A stretch of DNA of 64,000 nt. Origin: an uncultured Acidobacteriota bacterium (GTDB lineage: Bacteria > Acidobacteriota > Thermoanaerobaculia > UBA5066 > DATFVB01). The notes beneath the pieces were generated by a model that had not been told where the DNA came from, ran no database searches, and saw nothing but the letters and a program-made list of their open reading frames with translations. The position numbers and the translations under genes were made by a program. This document shows positions 60,125 through 64,000 of this stretch, piece after piece. Within the stretch, counting starts at the first letter, position 1; every line of letters starts with the position of its first letter. The stretch is taken from the NCBI GenBank assembly GCA_963813155.1, contig CAWEYG010000002.1, positions 384,001 to 448,000 on the forward strand. The letters run 5' to 3'.

Positions 60125-60574
60125 TCAGCACAGGAACCTCCCGATCGGCAGCATTTCCTTGACGCCGCTCGATCCGAGGATGAGGGGCAGGTCCGCGAGG
60201 TGCGACACCGCGATTCCGCCGAGCTTCCAGGCAAAGCCCGGCAAGCGAGAGGTCCTGTCCGGCCGGTGCGGACCGACGAGCAGCGAACCGAAGCCCGGCT
60301 GAAGCACGGCCGCGAGGATCGACCATTCGACAAGGCGCAGCGGCGCGTAGATTTCCCAGTAGAGCGAGACGGGCTGGTCGGCGGGCAGGCGAAGAACCGA
60401 GACGGAGAGGAAGACCGTCAGGCCGAGGACGCCGCCAAGAACGAGACGGAGCAGGCCCAGGCGCAACCCGCTCGGCCACGGAGACGCGCCGGGAGCGCGG
60501 AAGAGCCGGACGCCAAGCGTGCACCAGAGCGCGTAGGCCGTGTACTTCCCGGCGACGTACGCGAGGCCCGCCAA
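60125..60574 (-). CDS. Small integral membrane protein
   Basis: LAGLAYVAGKYTAYALWC...RLVEW...GGIAVSHLAD; four hydrophobic segments; ends GRFLC. Confidence 0.65.
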   Translation of the reverse strand: MAGLAYVAGKYTAYALWCTLGVRLFRAPGASPWPSGLRLGLLRLVLGGVLGLTVFLSVSVLRLPADQPVSLYWEIYAPLRLVEWSILAAVLQPGFGSLLVGPHRPDRTSRLPGFAWKLGGIAVSHLADLPLILGSSGVKEMLPIGRFLC

Positions 60575-60585
60575 CCTTCCGTCGA

Positions 60586-62347
60586 TCAGCGGCGCTTCCG
60601 CAGCGGCTCGAGCGAGCCGCCCCGCCGCAGCTTCCACGCGCCCGCCTTCACGTCTCCCAGGTCCTGAACCGTGCCGTCCGGCCAGTTGACCGACGCGCGA
60701 GCGGACGCTCGCCGTACCGATGCCGAAGTGGAGCGGAAGCCACGACCCGGACGCGTAAGAAGGTTGGACGAAGAACTCCTTGACGTGTCTCCCGACCGTC
60801 ACGACCGCGCCGAGCACGGTCTTCCGGTCGGCGCCCGCGACGGGGAGGATCTCGATCGCGTTTCCGGCCGGAGTCTCGTTGCGGAGGACGACCGCGGGAT
60901 GGGCGATCGGGTTGTACGCGAGGTCGAGCCGGCCGTCGCCGTCGAAGTCCGCGGCCGCGAGCCCGCGCCCGACGAGGCAGAGCCGGCCCAGGTCTCCCGA
61001 GACCGCCGAGACGTCGTCGAACTTCATCTCCCCGGGCCGCGAGACGTTGCGAAACAGGAATTGTCTCTGCGCGTAGCTCTTCTCGCCGATCCCGAATTTT
61101 CGCGCCTGCGGGTTGACCCAGCTCCCGATCACCGTCCAGAACCGGGAGAGGATCTGGCCGCTCGTCACGGCGAGGTCGTCGCGGCCGTCGTTGTCGTAGT
61201 CGAGCGCGACGGCGCCCCACTTCGACAGGGGCAGCGTGGGATCGCGGTCGCCGCCGAAGGCGGTGCGGTCGTCCTCCTCGAACAGCTGCCCCTCGACGTT
61301 CCGGTAGAGCGTGTTCGGCTCGGCCGCGTAGTTGGAAATGTAGAGATCCGTCCGCCCGTCGCCGTCGAGGTCGTCCGCGACGAGCCCCATGCCGGAGCGC
61401 GTCCGACGGCCGAAGGCGGTCGGCCCTTCCGGCGGGTACCCGGTGCCCGTTTCCTCCGAGACGTCGCGGAATTTCCCGCCCCCCTCGTTGTGGAACAGCG
61501 TGTTTCTCCACTGGTCGTTCGCGACATAGAGGTCGGTCCGGCCGTCGCCGTCGTAGTCGATCGCGACGGCGCCGATCGTCTTGGAGCCCGGGTCGGCCGT
61601 TCCGGACGCCTTTGTGACGTCCTCGAAACGCAGATCGCCCCTGCCCCGGTACAGCGCGTTGTCCTGCCCCGGGTATTCGTCGGGCGTTTTCACGCCGAAC
61701 CCCGCCGACGATTCCCGGACCGGGTCGGTGTCGAGATAGTTCCCCACGTACACGTCGGGAATTCCGTCGCCGTCGAAATCGCCCGCCGCGAGGCCAATCG
61801 TCATCTTTCCGTTCTCGAGCCCCGACCGGGGAACGAGGACGAACGTCCCGTCCCCGCGGTTTCGCCAGAGCGTGTTTCCTCCAACGTTTCCGACGACGAG
61901 ATCGGGATATCCGTCGGAATCGAGGTCGGCCCACATCGCGGAAATCCCCCAGCCGCAAGCGCGGATTCCCGACTTCTCCGTCACGTCCTCGAAGGTCCCG
62001 TTTCCCCGGTTTCGATAGAGTCGGCCGCAGGTCGCGAGATCTTCCGCTCCCGCACGCGCGCCTGCCTTCGAATGCGGGATCTGGTTGACGAAGAAGAGGT
62101 CGATCCAGCCGTCGCCGTCGAAATCCGCCGCCGCGACCCCGCCTCCCATCGTCGGGATCAGCTTCGCGTCGACGAAGTCCCCCTTGAACCGGAATGCGAC
62201 GCCGGAGGCCGCCGTCACGTCGCGAAAGAGCGCGCCGGTCACGTTTCGGCGCCGCGAGTCCTCCTCCCGGAACAGCACGATTCCGACGACGGCGCACACG
62301 GCCGCCAGGATGAAGAGCGCGAACGCGAGCCGGGCCAGCATCTTCAT
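60586..62347 (-). CDS. CRTAC1 / ASPIC-UnbV protein (C-terminal frameshifts)
   Basis: N-terminal TM; PTMGGGVAAADFDGDG; FG-GAP repeats; PSYASGSWLPLHFGIG; WPDG. Confidence 0.88.
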
Positions 62348-64000
62348 CGGCGGAAGGCTCGAACTTCCGCGAGCTTTTCGCCGCGAAGGCGGTAGAGGCG
62401 GTCGGCCGCAACGTCGCGCAGGACGACCGAAGCCGCCGTTTTTCCGGGAGGGAGGACTTCGACGGAGTCCGCCTTCGCAGCGTCTCCCAGGCCGAAATGG
62501 AGCGGAATCCACGAACCGGACGCGTACGACGGGACGACGATGAACTCCTGTGTCTGCGTTCTTCCTCCCGCCGTCACCCTCACTTTCGTGCCGAGGCAGG
62601 TGTGGCGGTCGGCCGCGGCGACCGGCAGGATTTCGATCGCGTGGCCCTGCGAAGCGGCCGTGTTGCGAAGGAGCCGGGACCCGCCCGAGATCGCCGCGAC
62701 CGCGATATCGACCCTTCCGTCGCCGTCGAAGTCGGCGGCCGCCGATCCCCGCGCGCACACCCTGAGCTTGCCCAGGTCGCCCGATGTCGCGGCCGCGTCC
62801 TCGAACACCCCGTTCCCCCCGTTCCTCCAGAGACAGATCGGCTGGCGATAGGCCCGGTTTCCCTCCCAGATGTGCTCTTTCATTCCGTAGCCGAGCAGTT
62901 TCGAAACTACCGCCAGGATTCGCCGGCCGATGTGGCCCGACACGGCATAGAGGTCCGGATAGCCGTCGTCGTCGAAATCCACAAAGCCGGTGCCCCACTG
63001 AACGAAAGGACGCGAGGCGGCGCCGGAGTTCGTTTCGTCGGTCGCGTCGTCGAACAACTGTCCCTCGACGTTTCGGTAGAGAGTGTTCGTCTCGCCCGAG
63101 AAGTTCGTTACGTAAAGGCTCGGATGGCCCGAAAGGAATGGATCGCCCACGGCGATTCCCATGCCCGCCCTCGCCCGGCTCTCCCGCGCGCCCGCGCCTG
63201 TCTGCTCCGTCACGTCCTCGAATCTTCCGCCGCCCAGGTTCCGGTAAAGACGGTTCGTCGCGAGATCATTCGCGACGAAAAGGTCCTGCTTCCCGTCGCC
63301 GTCATAGTCGAAGAAGACGGCGCCCGTCCCCTTGCCGTGGGCGTTCGAGACCCCGGAGGCCGCGGTTGTCTCTTCGAAGGAGCCGTCGCTCTTTTGATGG
63401 AAGAGACGCGCGTCCTCGCCCGCGTAATCCTCCGGCATCCGAACTTGAAACAGGGGGAACGAGAGCTCGTGCGCGAGCGACGTTTCGAGATATCCGACGA
63501 AATAGAGGTCCACGCGCCCGTCGCCGTCGGCGTCCCCCGCGGCCACGCCGATCGTGAAGTGGTGGCCCAGCACGAGGCCCCATTCCCGGGAGACTTCCCG
63601 AAATGTGCCGTCGCCGCGGTTGTGCCACACGGTCGTCTCGTCGAGCCCCGCGACGATCAGATCCGGGAGGCCGTCCGAATCGATGTCCACCCAGGAAGCC
63701 GACATCTGCCAGCCGCACGCGCGGATCCCCGACCTCGCGGTCGCGTCCTCGAAGGATCCGTCCCCGCGATTGCGGTAGAGCGCGCCGCACGGGCCCTTTT
63801 CCGGCTTGAACGCGTTTCCGGCGGAACCCGTGAAGAACAGGTCGGTCCAGCCGTCTCCGTCGTAGTCCGCCGCGGCGACGCCTCCCCCCATCGTGGAGAT
63901 CATGCGGCCGTGGCGCAGGTCGGTCTTGAACCGAAAGCGGATGCCGGACTCCTTCGTGACGTCCCGAAACGTGAGCGTCGCGGCGAATCCGGGGGCACCG
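62344..64000 (-). CDS. CRTAC1 / ASPIC-UnbV protein (5' end beyond window)
   Basis: STMGGGVAAADYDGDG; FG-GAP repeats; PSYASGSWIPLHFGLG. Confidence 0.9.
   Translation of the reverse strand, partial: GAPGFAATLTFRDVTKESGIRFRFKTDLRHGRMISTMGGGVAAADYDGDGWTDLFFTGSAGNAFKPEKGPCGALYRNRGDGSFEDATARSGIRACGWQMSASWVDIDSDGLPDLIVAGLDETTVWHNRGDGTFREVSREWGLVLGHHFTIGVAAGDADGDGRVDLYFVGYLETSLAHELSFPLFQVRMPEDYAGEDARLFHQKSDGSFEETTAASGVSNAHGKGTGAVFFDYDGDGKQDLFVANDLATNRLYRNLGGGRFEDVTEQTGAGARESRARAGMGIAVGDPFLSGHPSLYVTNFSGETNTLYRNVEGQLFDDATDETNSGAASRPFVQWGTGFVDFDDDGYPDLYAVSGHIGRRILAVVSKLLGYGMKEHIWEGNRAYRQPICLWRNGGNGVFEDAAATSGDLGKLRVCARGSAAADFDGDGRVDIAVAAISGGSRLLRNTAASQGHAIEILPVAAADRHTCLGTKVRVTAGGRTQTQEFIVVPSYASGSWIPLHFGLGDAAKADSVEVLPPGKTAASVVLRDVAADRLYRLRGEKLAEVRAFRR

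Noticed and set aside
45028-61000. Dense frameshifts suggesting mass pseudogenisation or programmed frameshifting
   Set aside because: Single-base indels hit unrelated genes indiscriminately while motifs stay intact, with no shared slippery sites. Most likely long-read consensus error; reads are needed to confirm.

Overview
High-GC bacterial window. The gene set (YfhO-like protein, class D sortases with OmpA, IPTL-CTERM, ASPIC/UnbV-CRTAC1 proteins, FHA-GGDEF) suggests an Acidobacteriota/Thermoanaerobaculia-like soil organism; this is inference. About 60 densely packed CDS. I see no rRNA, tRNA, CRISPR array or transposase. Many single-base frameshifts, densest at about 45-61 kb, look like long-read consensus errors. 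Main blocks: tandem EXORDIUM/Phi-1-like secreted paralogues behind a perfect CRP-type box; glpK-mtgA; SdrD-B adhesin + OmpA; sortase-zincin-ATP-grasp operon; IPTL-CTERM protein with an SD-occluding leader hairpin; osmoprotectant ABC; LPKTA sortase substrate; MASE2 kinase-RR-RsbW-STAS-patatin-RsbU operon; alkA-ogt; thiolase-C26-MBL-crotonase-ALDH operon; CLC-CBS; and four ASPIC/UnbV proteins around a pentaheme cytochrome-TPR gene, split by a VapBC + low-GC PD-(D/E)xK islet. The most unusual signal is a dispersed ~90-125 nt palindromic element with a conserved core (CCGAGGGAAAGCGAACTGCGGCC) and compensatory stem changes. It has 3 clear copies and 2 partial or diverged copies, and two of the clear copies appear to be in-frame insertions inside proteins.
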